From positions 32,001 through 96,000 of the forward strand of contig JBKBYA010000010.1 of NCBI GenBank assembly GCA_046313635.1: a stretch of 64,000 bases of DNA, written 5' to 3'. Position numbers and translations under genes: made by a program. Below the pieces are notes generated by a model. It had not been told where the DNA came from. It saw nothing but the letters and a program-made list of their open reading frames with translations, and did not search any database. The DNA comes from Pyrinomonadaceae bacterium. Its GTDB lineage: Bacteria; Acidobacteriota; Blastocatellia; Pyrinomonadales; Pyrinomonadaceae. Position 1 is the stretch's first letter. Every line of letters starts with the position of its first letter. Positions 47,578 to 63,367 of this stretch are shown in pieces.

Positions 47578-48393
47578 TCAGCGGTCGAGCCGGCGAGCGA
47601 GCGCGACCCACTCGTCGGCGGTCAAACTCTCGGCCCGACGCCGCGGATCGATGCCGGCCGACCCGAGCGCCGCAGCCGCATCGGCGAAGCCTGCCTTGAG
47701 ATTGTTTAGGATCGTCTTGCGCGGCTGACGAAAGGCCGCGCTTGCTACGCCGCGAAACGCGGAGGGAATGTCGGAGGCGGATGCTCGCGGGACAAGTCTG
47801 ACCACCGAGCTCCATATTTTGGGCACCGGGCGAAAGGCTTGCGGCGGCACGTCAAAGAGCTTTTCGATCTCAAAATGCGCTTCTGCAATGACCGTCAAAA
47901 ATCCCCGCTCGGCAGTGCCCGGACGGGCTGTGATCCGTTCGACGACCTCGCGCTGGAACATCAGCACGAGCGAGCCAAAAGCGTCGTGCTGCTCGGCGAG
48001 ACGCTGCAGGATCGCGGTCGAAACGTAGTACGGCAAATTGGCGACGAGCTTGAGCTTTGCGCCCGAGGCGAGCGCGCGAAAGTCAAATTCGAGTGCGTCG
48101 CCCTCGACGACCCGAAACCTCTCCGACGCGCCGAATCGCTCGGCCAGCGCGGGCGCGAGTTCGCGGTCGAGTTCGATCGCCGTCACACCGGCGCCGCTCT
48201 CGACGAGCAGTTCGGTCAGGGCGCCGCGGCCCGGGCCGATCTCGACGATGCGGTCGCCGGCCGTTGGTTCGAGGGCGGCGACTATTTTGCGAATGAAGTT
48301 CGGATCGACCAAAAAATTCTGCCCGAGCGAACGCTTGGCCCGCGGGGGAAATTCGCGTTCGAGTTCGTCAGGGCGCTTTTGATCTGAAGCCAT
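47578..48393 (-). CDS. rsmA: 16S rRNA dimethyladenosine transferase
   Basis: LGQNFL, EIGPG.G, ANLPY and F.PVPK..S. Confidence 0.97.
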   Translation of the reverse strand: MASDQKRPDELEREFPPRAKRSLGQNFLVDPNFIRKIVAALEPTAGDRIVEIGPGRGALTELLVESGAGVTAIELDRELAPALAERFGASERFRVVEGDALEFDFRALASGAKLKLVANLPYYVSTAILQRLAEQHDAFGSLVLMFQREVVERITARPGTAERGFLTVIAEAHFEIEKLFDVPPQAFRPVPKIWSSVVRLVPRASASDIPSAFRGVASAAFRQPRKTILNNLKAGFADAAAALGSAGIDPRRRAESLTADEWVALARRLDR

Positions 48394-48402
48394 TGCAAGG
48401 AC

Positions 48403-49497
48403 CTACGCCGGATAGGACGTGATCTCGAGGTCTCTGCCGAGCGGTGTGACCTCGAGATCCTTGAGCTGCAAAGCGTCGCTGAGGCATGCCGCGCCGCGGC
48501 CGCCGATCGCGACCGGCGCGTCCTCGCCGCCGATGATCAGCGGCGCGGTCAAAAAGGTGACCTTGTCGACGAGCCGCGCATCGCAGAAGGCTCCCGCGAC
48601 CTGCGTTCCGCCCTCGACGAGCACGCTTTGGAGTTCCATTTCGCGAAGGCGCGCAAGGACGGCAGAGATGTCGCGCGGGTCGGTCTCAACGACCTTGACG
48701 CCTCGCGATCCGAGCTGCTCGCGCTTTTCACTGTCGGTCGAATCCGAGATCACAACCGTCGGGACCTCGTTCGCGGTCCTGACGAGCGTCGAGTCGAGCG
48801 GCAGACGCAGGCGGCCGTCCAGAACTACGCGGACGAGCGGCCGCCGTCGCGCGAGACCGCTGCGGTCGGTCAGCGAAGGGTCGTCGACAAATGCGGTCGT
48901 GCCGCCGATGAGGATAGCGTCGTGCTCGTGCCGCAGGCGTTGGACACGCTCGACGGCCTCCGGGCCCGAAAGTCTCGTCGATACGCTCTTGCCCAGCGAA
49001 ATGCGGCCGTCGAGCGACGCGGCGAGCTTGAGATGAACGAAAGGCCGGCGGTTGCGGTGCCAGCAGATGAACTTTTCGTTCTGCCGCGCGGCCCTCTCGG
49101 CGAGCAGCCCGGTGACGACCTCGATGCCCGCAGCCCGCAGACGCGCGAAGCCCTGGCCTGAAACGAGCGGATTCGGATCTTCGATCGTGGCGACGACACG
49201 CGTGATGCCGGCGTCGATGAGCGCTTCGGTACAGGGCGGCGTGCGGTTGTGATGATCGTGCGGTTCGAGCGAGACGTACGCGGTGCCGCCGCGGGCGCGT
49301 TCGCCTGCCTGCTCGAGCGCGATCACCTCGGCGTGCTTTACGCGGTCAAAAAAGTATGAGCCTTCGCCGATGATATTTCCATCACGATCGACAACGACGC
49401 AGCCGACGAGCGGGTTTGGCGAGACCTGGCCGACCCCGGCCTCGGCAAGATCGAGTGCCCGGCTGAGGAACCGAAGATCGTTGTCGCGCGTGGTCAT
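48403..49497 (-). CDS. ribD: Bifunctional riboflavin deaminase/reductase
   Basis: PNPLVG, HAE, SLDG and VEGG; zinc motif reads LEPHDH..RTPPC. Confidence 0.96.
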   Translation of the reverse strand: MTTRDNDLRFLSRALDLAEAGVGQVSPNPLVGCVVVDRDGNIIGEGSYFFDRVKHAEVIALEQAGERARGGTAYVSLEPHDHHNRTPPCTEALIDAGITRVVATIEDPNPLVSGQGFARLRAAGIEVVTGLLAERAARQNEKFICWHRNRRPFVHLKLAASLDGRISLGKSVSTRLSGPEAVERVQRLRHEHDAILIGGTTAFVDDPSLTDRSGLARRRPLVRVVLDGRLRLPLDSTLVRTANEVPTVVISDSTDSEKREQLGSRGVKVVETDPRDISAVLARLREMELQSVLVEGGTQVAGAFCDARLVDKVTFLTAPLIIGGEDAPVAIGGRGAACLSDALQLKDLEVTPLGRDLEITSYPA

Positions 49498-50529
49498 CTA
49501 TGTGAAAAGACCGTTAACGTACGCCTCAGGATCAAAGACCATCAGGTCGTCGACCTGCTCACCGACGCCGACGTAGCGGATCGGCAGGTCGAGTTCTTTT
49601 GCGATCGCGACGGCGATGCCGCCCTTTGCGGTGCCGTCGAGCTTGGTCAGTACGACGCCCGTGACGTTCGCCGTCTTCATGAACTGCCGGGCCTGCTCGA
49701 GGCCGTTCTGCCCGGTCACGGCGTCGATGACGAGGAGCGTCTCGTGCGGAGCTCCGGGCACTTCGCGGCCCGCGACGCGCTTCATCTTTTCGAGCTCGGC
49801 CATAAGATTCGCTTTGTTGTGAAGCCGGCCGGCCGTATCGACGATCAGCACGTCGGCGCCGCGCGACTTGGCGGCCTGCAGCGAATCGAACAAGACGGCC
49901 GCGGGATCGGTTCCCTGCTTTTGCTGAATGATCTGAACGCCGGCGCGGCCGGCCCAGATCTCGAGCTGATCGCTCGCCGCTGCGCGAAACGTGTCGGCGG
50001 CACAGATGAGCACGTCGTTGCCCTCGTTCTTGATCCGCTGCGAGAGCTTGCCGATCGTCGTCGTCTTGCCGACGCCGTTGACGCCCACGACCATCAGCAC
50101 GTACGGCCTGATCGACGCGTCGACGCTGCGCTCGTCGGCTACGCCGCGTCTCTCTGCGTTATGCAGTATCTCGAGCAGCTCGCGCTTGATCGCGCTCTTG
50201 AGAGCGTCGAGGTCTTTGATCTCCTGTCGCGAGACGCCCTTTCTGACCGAGTCGAGTATCTGCATCGTCGTCGAGACGCCGATATCGGTCGCGATGAGCA
50301 TCTCTTCGAGCTCGTCCAGAAAGGCCTCGTCGATCTGCTTGCGGCTCTCGAATATTGTGTCGAGGCGCGTATTGATCGAATCGCGGGTCTTCTCGATTGC
50401 GTTGTTGAACCGCACGCTGAGCTCGCGCTCGGCGGCAGCCTCCTGCGCCTTCAGTTCCTCGATCGACTTGTCGAGACCGAGTACCGAGGTCGAGAATTTG
50501 TCTTCCTTTTTCCTGCGCCAAAATGCCAT
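49498..50529 (-). CDS. ftsY: SRP receptor FtsY (short N-terminus)
   Basis: [22 protein letters not shown] and [10 protein letters not shown]. Confidence 0.98.
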   Translation of the reverse strand: MAFWRRKKEDKFSTSVLGLDKSIEELKAQEAAAERELSVRFNNAIEKTRDSINTRLDTIFESRKQIDEAFLDELEEMLIATDIGVSTTMQILDSVRKGVSRQEIKDLDALKSAIKRELLEILHNAERRGVADERSVDASIRPYVLMVVGVNGVGKTTTIGKLSQRIKNEGNDVLICAADTFRAAASDQLEIWAGRAGVQIIQQKQGTDPAAVLFDSLQAAKSRGADVLIVDTAGRLHNKANLMAELEKMKRVAGREVPGAPHETLLVIDAVTGQNGLEQARQFMKTANVTGVVLTKLDGTAKGGIAVAIAKELDLPIRYVGVGEQVDDLMVFDPEAYVNGLFT

Positions 50530-50562
50530 AGAGTGAGATCCCGCGTCCTTGTTAAATCACCG

Positions 50563-50591
50563 ATTATAGAAAAACGCCGCACGCTAAACAA
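50563..50591 (-). promoter_or_regulatory. Sigma70 promoter upstream of ftsY
   Basis: TTGTTT-N17-TATAAT on the minus strand. Confidence 0.65.
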
Positions 50592-50668
50592 AAAGCATGC
50601 GGCGGGCCGGAGCGTAAGCTTGTCGGCGATACTCGGCGAGGTCTGTCGACCTTGCCGTAAAGCGAGGT

Positions 50669-52510
50669 CTATGCCCGAAGGGTGACCTCGTCGATCGAGA
50701 GAACTGATGCGTCGTCGGCCGACGAAGCGAGATCGGGAGTTTCGTAGCCGACCGTCATCGCGCGCTGGCGGACGATGCCGTTGGCCACCTCGCCGTGGCG
50801 GCAGGCCTCGATCAAGGCATCGACGACGACGCCGTCGTATCGCGTGCCGACAAACTCTGAGATGCGGCTCAGCGCCTCCTCGAGCGGCAGTGCCTTTGAA
50901 TACGGCCGGTCTATCGTCATCGCGTCAAAGGTGTCGGCGACCGAGACGATCCTCGCCTGCAGAGGGATCTCGTCGCCCTTCAGTCCCTGCGGGTAGCCCA
51001 TGCCGTTGACCATCTCGTGGTGCATGTACATTCCGGGCAGGTAATCCCTCATCGCGGGTATCTGCGACATGATCTTGTAGCCGCGCTGCGGGTGCGTCTT
51101 CATTATCTCAAACTCTTCGGGCGTGAGAGCCGCAGGCTTTTTCAGAATGGCGTCGTCGATGGCGATCTTGCCGACGTCGTGCAGCAGCGCGCTCATCTTG
51201 AGCTTGTCGAGCTCGTCCTCGTCGAGACCCAATCGGCGGCCGATCGCGACCGCGATGCGGGATACGCGCTCCGAGTGGCCGCGTGTGTATTTGTCCTTGC
51301 CGTCGATCGCCGCGGCGAGGGCCTTGACCGTGCCGACAAAGAGCTCTCTATTCTCGCTGGCTGCCCGCTCGAGGTTTGCGATCTGCTCCTGGATCTTGTC
51401 GGTCATAAAGTTGAACGTCCGGCCCAGTGTACCGATCTCGGTAATGTTGTTTGCGTCGACGCGCGAAGAAAAGTCACCTTCGGCGATCCGTTCGGCGGCA
51501 TGCACGAGACGCAGGACGGGCAGCGAAAGGAATCTGGCTCCGAGAAAGCCGGCCATCAGCGCAAAGCATGCGAAGGCAAGGCTTATCAGCCACGTCTGCA
51601 TCCTCATCTCGGCGACCGACGCGAGAGCGTTCCGCTCGTCCTGCATGGTAAATACGCCGAGCGACGTGTCCTTGCCGAAGCTGACCGTCGAGTAGGCTCC
51701 GATCATATTGTGACTGCGTCCCTCAAGATTGACCGTAAAAGGGACGAGTGCGGACTGGACCTGCCGGCTCGACTGCTGCCACTCCTCGACGATCTTGAGG
51801 TCGGTCAGCGATCGCCGTTCGGCGGCGACGTTCGGATCGGGGTGAAAGATCGCGCGTCCGTTCTCGTCAAGGACGAAAATGATGGGCAGGCCCGAGTTCC
51901 AAAGATCTGCCTCGCTCGTCGGGGGCAGGCCGACGATGCTGCGACCAAAATCCTTTAGCGAAACGACCATGATCACCACCGCCGTGACGGTCTCGTGGTC
52001 GCGCACCGGCGACGAGAATGTCATCGCGGTCTCGCCGGTCGTCCCGACGCTGCGGGGCGAGCCGACCTGCAGCCGCTGCGAGCCGATCGTTGAGAGCACA
52101 TCGTCCGACATCTGCTCGATCTCGGCGAGCTGTATGGCGTCTGACCGCCGCACGACGAGCGACGGGGCCTGCATCGGCTTGATGGCGACCGCGAGCACCC
52201 CGGGATTTTCTTTGAGTGTGAGGCTGAGCTTCTGCTCGGTGCTTCCGCTGTTGATGACGCCGAGGTCGCTCAATTCGAGCGCCATCGAGATGCTCGTCAC
52301 AAGGTCGCCGTAGCTCTTGCCGAACATCTCGATCTGGCGAGCCTTTTCCTGAACGAGCTGCACCTGATAGCGATTCTCGACCGATCGCAGTTCTTTGGCG
52401 CTCTTGTCTGACAGCATCCAGCCCGTAAGGACCAGCGGGACGAGCCCGACCGCGAGGAGGGTGAGTACAACAAAATAGACAAGACTGACTTTGTGTCGCT
52501 TTGCGGGCAT
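50669..52510 (-). CDS. Membrane sensor HD-GYP cyclic-dinucleotide phosphodiesterase (Cache-HAMP-HD-GYP)
   Basis: Two TMs flanking a Cache-like region (VLDENGRAIFHPD), a HAMP domain, then GHSERV, LHDVGK, HHE..NG.GYP and VADTFDAMT..RPY. Confidence 0.93.
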   Translation of the reverse strand: MPAKRHKVSLVYFVVLTLLAVGLVPLVLTGWMLSDKSAKELRSVENRYQVQLVQEKARQIEMFGKSYGDLVTSISMALELSDLGVINSGSTEQKLSLTLKENPGVLAVAIKPMQAPSLVVRRSDAIQLAEIEQMSDDVLSTIGSQRLQVGSPRSVGTTGETAMTFSSPVRDHETVTAVVIMVVSLKDFGRSIVGLPPTSEADLWNSGLPIIFVLDENGRAIFHPDPNVAAERRSLTDLKIVEEWQQSSRQVQSALVPFTVNLEGRSHNMIGAYSTVSFGKDTSLGVFTMQDERNALASVAEMRMQTWLISLAFACFALMAGFLGARFLSLPVLRLVHAAERIAEGDFSSRVDANNITEIGTLGRTFNFMTDKIQEQIANLERAASENRELFVGTVKALAAAIDGKDKYTRGHSERVSRIAVAIGRRLGLDEDELDKLKMSALLHDVGKIAIDDAILKKPAALTPEEFEIMKTHPQRGYKIMSQIPAMRDYLPGMYMHHEMVNGMGYPQGLKGDEIPLQARIVSVADTFDAMTIDRPYSKALPLEEALSRISEFVGTRYDGVVVDALIEACRHGEVANGIVRQRAMTVGYETPDLASSADDASVLSIDEVTLRA

Positions 52511-52693
52511 TTGATCGGGGCGGCGAACTGAGAAGAGAGGAAACGAAGAGAGGCGGCGAATGTGAACGCCGCAACAATTGTATTACAGCGGTCGCCGGTC
52601 GGGCAACAGGTTTTATCCGTCCCCAAGTCCACAGCCGAAGCCCTCCGGCGCGATGGATAACGACCGGCGAATCAGAGATAATCGTTCTCGCCC

Positions 52694-57049
<4,356 letters not shown>

Positions 57050-57064
57050 CCCCTTCTGACACCG

Positions 57065-60000
57065 GTGTCAGAATATTCGCTCACGTCTCACGCTTCTGAA
57101 TTTGCCCGAATGGACGCGATCGAGGGGACTTTTGAAGGTTCTATGACGGGCCGAGTCATCGGCCCGTATCGCCTTGCCGAAGAATTAGGCCGAGGCGGAA
57201 TGGGCGTCGTTTACAAGGGCGTGAGGGTCGACGGCGAGTTTGAACAGACCGTTGCCGTCAAGCTCATCAAGCGGGGGATGGACACCGACACCATTCTCAA
57301 GCGCTTTCGCCGCGAGCGGCAGATCACCGCGGCACTCAACCACCCGAATATCGCGTACTTCTACGGCGGCGGCTCGACCGACGACGGACTGCCGTACTTC
57401 ATCATGGAGTACATCAGCGGGCGGCCGCTGTACGACTACTGCGACGAAAAGCGTCTAACGGTCAGAGAGCGGCTGCAGCTGTTTCGGCAGATCTGCTACG
57501 CGGTCGCTGCCGCCCACGAGCTGCGCGTCATCCACCGTGATCTCAAGCCGTCGAACATCCTCGTCAAGGACGACGGCAAGCCGAAGCTGCTCGACTTCGG
57601 GATAGCGAAGGTGCTCGACCCCGGTCTGGTCACGACCGATGTCGACCCGACGGCCACGCAGATGCGCGTGATGACGCCCGAGTACGCATCGCCCGAGCAG
57701 ATCAACGGCGAAGAGGTCGATACGGCCTCCGACATCTACTCGCTCGGCGTCATTCTCTACGAGCTGCTTACCGGTCACCGCCCGTACACGCTCAAGCGCC
57801 GCTCGGCCGACGATGCGGCACGCGTCATCCGCGAAGAGTTCCCGACCAATCCGAGCGGCAGTCTGACCCGCGAAGACAGCCTGCTCCCGAGCAGCGGCGG
57901 CACCGGCAGCATCGATGCGGTGCTCGAAGCGCGAAAGACATCGCTCGAGGGACTGCGCCGCGAGCTCGCGGGCGACCTCGACCGGATAGTCCTAAAGGCG
58001 CTCAGGAAAAAGCCCGGCGAACGCTACGCCACGGCCGTCGCGCTGGCCGATGATATCGGGAATTTTTTATCGGGCCAGCCGGTCGACGCCGAGTTCTTTG
58101 TCCCGCCCCCGCCGTCGCGAGGCAGATCGTCGGACGTGCTGTCGATAGCGATACTGCCGCTCAAGATCCTCGACAGCCGCCCCGGCGATACCGGTGACGA
58201 GTTCCTCGGCATCGGATTGGCCGACGCGCTGATCACGAGGCTCAGCGGCGTGCAGCGGCTGGTCGTGCGGCCGACGAGCTCCATCCTGCCTTTCGTCGGT
58301 GTCCCCGCGGACGAGGCCGGGCGGCGGCTGGACGTAGATTATGCGCTCGACGGCAGCGTCCGGATCATCGAGGGCCGGATAAGGGTCTCGGTCCAGCTAT
58401 TGAAGGTGGACGAGAATTCAACGCTCTGGGCGCGGGCCTTCGACGAGAACACGACCGACGTCCTCGAACTCGAGGACGACCTCGCCGCGCAGGTCGCGAC
58501 GGCCTTGATCCCGCAGCTCAGCGGCGAGGAGCGCCGGCGGCTCGACCGCCGCGGGACCAACAAGCCCGCCGCCTACGAGGCGTACCTGCGAGGCCGGTAT
58601 TTTTGGAGCAAGTTCACGGCGCACGATCTGCTCAAGGCGGTCGCGGCATTTGAGCAGGCGGTCGAGATCGACCCTGACTATCCGCAGCCGTATATCGGCC
58701 TTGCCGACTACTGGGTCTGGTCGGCGATCTTTGGCGAGGTGCCCTCCAAGGAGGGTTTTGCCAAGGCCATCAAGGCGGCGTCGCGGGCGCTCGAGATCGA
58801 CGACTCGCTCGGCGAAGCGTACGCGGTCCTGGCCTTTTCGATCTTTCTCAGCAAATGGGACTGGCAGGAGGCAGAACGCCTGGTCGAGCGCGCCATCGAG
58901 CTAAATCCAAACAGCGCTTTTGCGCACGAATGCAGATCGAATTTCCTCACCGCTCAAGGCCGCTTCGAGGAGGGCATCGCCGAGATCATTCTCGCCGAAG
59001 AGCTCGACCCGCAGTCACCGCGCGCAAAGGTGATGACCGGCTGGACGCTCTACCAGGCGCGCCGTTAAAGCGAAGCGCTTGAAAAGTACACGGCCGCCAA
59101 TGCGATGCAGCGCGACTTTCCGCAGGGTCTGCTTCACCTTGGTAATGCGCTGTCGGCCGCGGGCGATCACGAGCAGGCGGTCGCAATGCTCCGCAGGGCC
59201 GCCGAATTGTGGGGACAGTCCGGCCTGCCGCGGCATCTGCTCGCGCACGCACGCGCCGCGCAGGGCGACCAGGCCTCCGTCCGGCGGATACTCGACAAGA
59301 TGCTCGAGACCGCAAAGACCAAACACGTCAAGCCGTACTTCATCGCGATGACCTATCTCGCGGCCGGCGAGTACGACGAGGCTTTCAAATGGTTTGAGCG
59401 GGCCGTCGACGACGGTAACGAGTGGATGATCTGGTTTGGCGTCGAGCCCAAGCTCGACCCGATCCGCAGCGATCCGAGGTACGTCGAAATTCTCCGGCGG
59501 ACGAACAACCCGCTGGCCGACGCCGCATCGCCGCGTCCCGACACGGGCGAACGCGAGCGTTCGATCGCCGTACTTCCCTTTCGCGTGCTCAATACCGCTG
59601 ACAGCTCCGACACGGCCGAGGAATATTTGAGCCTCGGCCTGGCAGACGCCGTCACGATGCGCCTCTCGAACGTGCGGCGCTTCGTCGTCCGGCCGACGAG
59701 CTCGGTCGCGGCATTCGCCAACGAGTCGGCCGACCCTTTCGAGGCCGGGCGCAAGCTCGGCGTCGAATACGTTTTGGACGGCCTGATACGTCGCTTCCGC
59801 GGCCGCATTCGCGTGACCGCGCAGCTGCTGAACGTGACCGAGAACGCAACCGTTTGGTCGGCCAGCTTCGCCGACTCGTTCAGGGACGTCCTCGAGCTCG
59901 AAGACTCTATCTCCGAGCAGGTCGCCCTGCAGCTGATACCTAAACTGTCGGGCGACGAGCAAAGGCGCCTTACGAGGCGGTGTACGAGGGAGCCTCGCGC

Positions 60001-60958
60001 CTACGAGGCGTACCTGCAGGGCCGCTACTTTTGGAATCAGTTTATGCCCGAGTCGTTCGAAAAGGCGCGGGAGGCGTTTGAACGGGCGATCGCAGCCGAC
60101 CCGACCTATGCGATGCCCTACGTGGGCCTGGCCGACTATTACACCTGGGCCTGCATTTACGGAATGGTCTCGCCAAAGGTGGGATTTCCGCGCGTGCTCG
60201 AGTTTGCCTCGAAGGCTCTCGAGCTCGATCCGGCGCTCGCCGAGGCGTACGCGGCGCTCGGTCTCTATCATTCGAACAATCAGGATTGGGAGAAGGCCGA
60301 AGAGCTCTATCGCCGCTCGCTCGAGCTGAACCCGAATTACGGCCTCGCTCACGAATGGCTCTCAGCCGTGCTCGTCGGGACCGGCCGCTTCAGAGAGGGC
60401 ACGCGCGAGATACTGCTGGCCGAGCGGCTCGACCCGCTCGGGCTGCGGCCGCGCGTTCTCACCTCTTGGACGATCTACCAGACCCGCGACTTTAAGACCG
60501 CGCTCGAAAAGGCCCGCGAGATCGAGAGCCGAGATCCCGACTTTTTACAGACTCACCTTCAATTGGCAAATACGCTGCTCGAGACGGGCGAGAAGGAGGA
60601 GGCGCTCGATCACGCGCGCAAGGCCGTCGAGGCGGGCCCTGAGTCGCCGCTTCCGTTCTACGTGCTCTGCTGCGCTCTGGCCGCCAACGGGCGTGAGGAC
60701 GAGGCCCTCGACGTGCTCCGCCGCTGGGAGGACCGCGCGGCCTCCGACTACGTCCCGCCATACTTCCTGGCCGTGGCGAGTGTCGCTGCCGGCCGCGTCG
60801 ACGAGGCGTTTGAATATCTCGGCCGCGCGATCGACGAGCGTTCGGCGTGGGTCCTGTGGCTTATGACCGAACCCAAACTCGACCCGATCCGTTCTGACAC
60901 GCGATTTGACCGGCTCGCCGAGCGATGCGGCCTCGCTGCCGCTTTCATCCGCGAATAG
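57065..60958 (+). pseudogene. Second Ser/Thr kinase with two TolB-like/TPR modules, interrupted by an in-frame TAA (nonsense mutation or sequencing error)
   Basis: ORFs 57065-59068 and 59105-60958 share one frame. The junction reads YQARR*SEALEK, against YFARRYDDAEVR in the paralog. Confidence 0.8.
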
Positions 60959-61000
60959 ACCGCGGCCCCGCAGCGGAGCAGGGCCGCTCAATGCCCGCGG

Positions 61001-63298
61001 TCACGGGCCCGCGTCCGTCCAGAGAACGACGATCGACTCGAGCTCGAGGGCGGTCGTGTTCTCGAGCCGCAGCTTCCATCTGCCGCTGCCGACATCCCTA
61101 TCGACATAGATCGAACGAAACCAGACGCCCGCTTCGCGGCTGCCGGCGAGGTTTTTGCCGACGGCGGCGCCTCGGTCGTCGAAGAGCGTCGCCGAGATGC
61201 CGGCCGAGGCCATGAACGTGACGCCGACATTTCGCGCCGCCGAGACAGGCAGCTCGACCTCGACCGTGCCGCGGGCGGGCAGTTTGACCAGCTTTGCAAA
61301 CGGAGGCTCCTCGGCAGGCGCGTGGCCCGCGTCCGCCGCGCCGTGCCCGCCGGCGAGACCTTCCATCGCGAGAGAGGCGAAGCCGCTCGGTGGAGCCGCC
61401 GGTACCTGTGTCGCGGGGTTGTGATCTCCGCGCGGGCCGACGGCGAGACGCGGCTTGACAAAGGCGGAGAAGTCGGCCGTTCCGGTCAGCTCGGTATGAA
61501 GATTTTTTGAACGAGCGTTGTCCTCGATCTCCCAGACCGCCGACGGCACCGGCACGACGCCGTCGTTCCAGACGATGGTCTTGCACATCGTCGGCAAAGG
61601 GTCGCCGGCGAGTACCGAGAACTTCACGCCCTTCCGAGCTCGGTGGACGCGGTTAAAGTTCTCGAGATACTCGGGTCTGAGCTGTCTTATCGCCTCCACC
61701 TGCTTGCCAACGATGCCGAAGGCGATGTCCATCACGTCGGCGCACGGGCTGCCCATATTTGGCGTGCCGAGCATCACGAGATGCGAGACCTGCGGCCTCA
61801 TATCCGCCTCGTTAGGCGGCATTATCTGGCTGATGTAGTAACGCGAGATCAATCCGCCCATCGAATGCGCGACGAGGTCGACGTGCCATGCGTTGCGATC
61901 CTCTTGAGCGTATCGAATGTACTTTTCGAGCTCGCGGGCGTTCTCGGCGATCGACTTGGTCTGATCGCTCGACATAAATTCCTTGCCCGTATCCATCACA
62001 CCCTTTTCGGGCCGTTCGCCGACGGGGAACGCCTTCCAGTCGTAGGAGTGCGAGGTCGTGAGGATGTTCTGCCACGACTCCCACGCGCGCCAGCTGCTCC
62101 AGAGGCCGTGAACGAGAACGAGCGGCTTTGGCGCGATCTTGAGATTTTTGGTCAACTCGTCGGCCTTTTTGTTGTTTTCCCAGACCTCCGACTTGATCCG
62201 CTGGACGAGACGCGGCCGCCCGTCGTCAAACCAGGCGTAGCCCGACGAGTCCCAGAGGATCTCGACCTCGCGCTCCTCGCCCGGGTCGAGACGGACGTTG
62301 ACGGTCTGGTCTTTGAGCGGCATATCCGGTTTGGCGCCGTCCCACTTGTCACCCTTGTAGGTTTCCTTGAACATCACCTCGGCGAACTTTTGCTCGCCCG
62401 AGTAATTGGCGACCTTTGCCTTGATCTTTACCCAGTTGCCGTCGATCGTCCCGGTCTGTTCGGAGATCTCCTGCCAGTCATCCCAGCGGGGGAATTTCAT
62501 GTGCTCGAACTTCAGGTCCTCGATTCGCAGCGGGCCGCCGCACCGCCTTAGACTCCATGTGATCGTCTCGGTCACGCCGAGATTGCTGACAGAGTACGTG
62601 CCCGACAGCCGGTCGGGATCGGCGGGGTCGATCCGATGCGTGCCGTCCGACGTGAGCGAATTTCCCTGCACGGTGGTCTCGGTCGGCGGCATGGTCAGCG
62701 TCTTTCCCTCTTTGGCCGTGCACTGGCCGCTGAATGTCGACGTTTGTTTACCGGTCGTCTGTCCCTTGATCTCGGGCAGGCCGACGCTGACCGAGTACGT
62801 CCCGTCCGTGTTGACGCCGACCGAGACCGCGGCATCGACATCGCCGGACGCGGTCGTCTTGGTCTCTGAGGTGAACGTGCCGCTCATCTGGCGCCAGGTC
62901 TTGCCGCGGTCGCACGAGTTTTTCTCGACCGCCTTAGTCGTCTCGGCGGACGAGAAGTTGTGCGTCACGCTTCCCTTTCCGATGCTCGATCCGTTCATCT
63001 CGGGCGACTCGAGGACACGCACCTGGGCTTTGTATTCATACTTCATCTCCCAGTTTCGAGTGTCCTCGCCGCGCGCCGAGACACGCTGGACGGTCTTGCT
63101 GTCGGTCATCGACTGCGTGCGCGTGTACGTGATCGTGCCGGTCCATGCTCCGGAGCACTTTGCGGCGGCCGTCTTTGTGTTGGCTGTCGCGACGGTGCCG
63201 CCCGGCCGGCGCTGCGCCGCGATCTGCAGCACGGGCGCCGACACGGCGAAGGCCAGGACAATTGCGATCAGTCGTGTTGTCAGGATTCGTGAATTCAT
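61001..63298 (-). CDS. Secreted multidomain alpha/beta-hydrolase (lipase/PGAP1-like)
   Basis: Signal peptide, Thr/Ser-rich beta domain, Ig-like segment, LVHGL, AHSMGG, GTPNMGS and NDGVV, then a C-terminal PPC-like domain. Confidence 0.88.
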   Translation of the reverse strand: MNSRILTTRLIAIVLAFAVSAPVLQIAAQRRPGGTVATANTKTAAAKCSGAWTGTITYTRTQSMTDSKTVQRVSARGEDTRNWEMKYEYKAQVRVLESPEMNGSSIGKGSVTHNFSSAETTKAVEKNSCDRGKTWRQMSGTFTSETKTTASGDVDAAVSVGVNTDGTYSVSVGLPEIKGQTTGKQTSTFSGQCTAKEGKTLTMPPTETTVQGNSLTSDGTHRIDPADPDRLSGTYSVSNLGVTETITWSLRRCGGPLRIEDLKFEHMKFPRWDDWQEISEQTGTIDGNWVKIKAKVANYSGEQKFAEVMFKETYKGDKWDGAKPDMPLKDQTVNVRLDPGEEREVEILWDSSGYAWFDDGRPRLVQRIKSEVWENNKKADELTKNLKIAPKPLVLVHGLWSSWRAWESWQNILTTSHSYDWKAFPVGERPEKGVMDTGKEFMSSDQTKSIAENARELEKYIRYAQEDRNAWHVDLVAHSMGGLISRYYISQIMPPNEADMRPQVSHLVMLGTPNMGSPCADVMDIAFGIVGKQVEAIRQLRPEYLENFNRVHRARKGVKFSVLAGDPLPTMCKTIVWNDGVVPVPSAVWEIEDNARSKNLHTELTGTADFSAFVKPRLAVGPRGDHNPATQVPAAPPSGFASLAMEGLAGGHGAADAGHAPAEEPPFAKLVKLPARGTVEVELPVSAARNVGVTFMASAGISATLFDDRGAAVGKNLAGSREAGVWFRSIYVDRDVGSGRWKLRLENTTALELESIVVLWTDAGP

Positions 63299-63367
63299 CG
63301 TTTCGCTCCGTCTGTCGGTGTCGAATGAATATCGCGGTCGGGTCGCGGCTTGCGAGAGGCGGGCAGC

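Noticed and set aside
49490..49505. FMN riboswitch before ribD
   Set aside because: The ftsY stop abuts the ribD start, leaving no leader.
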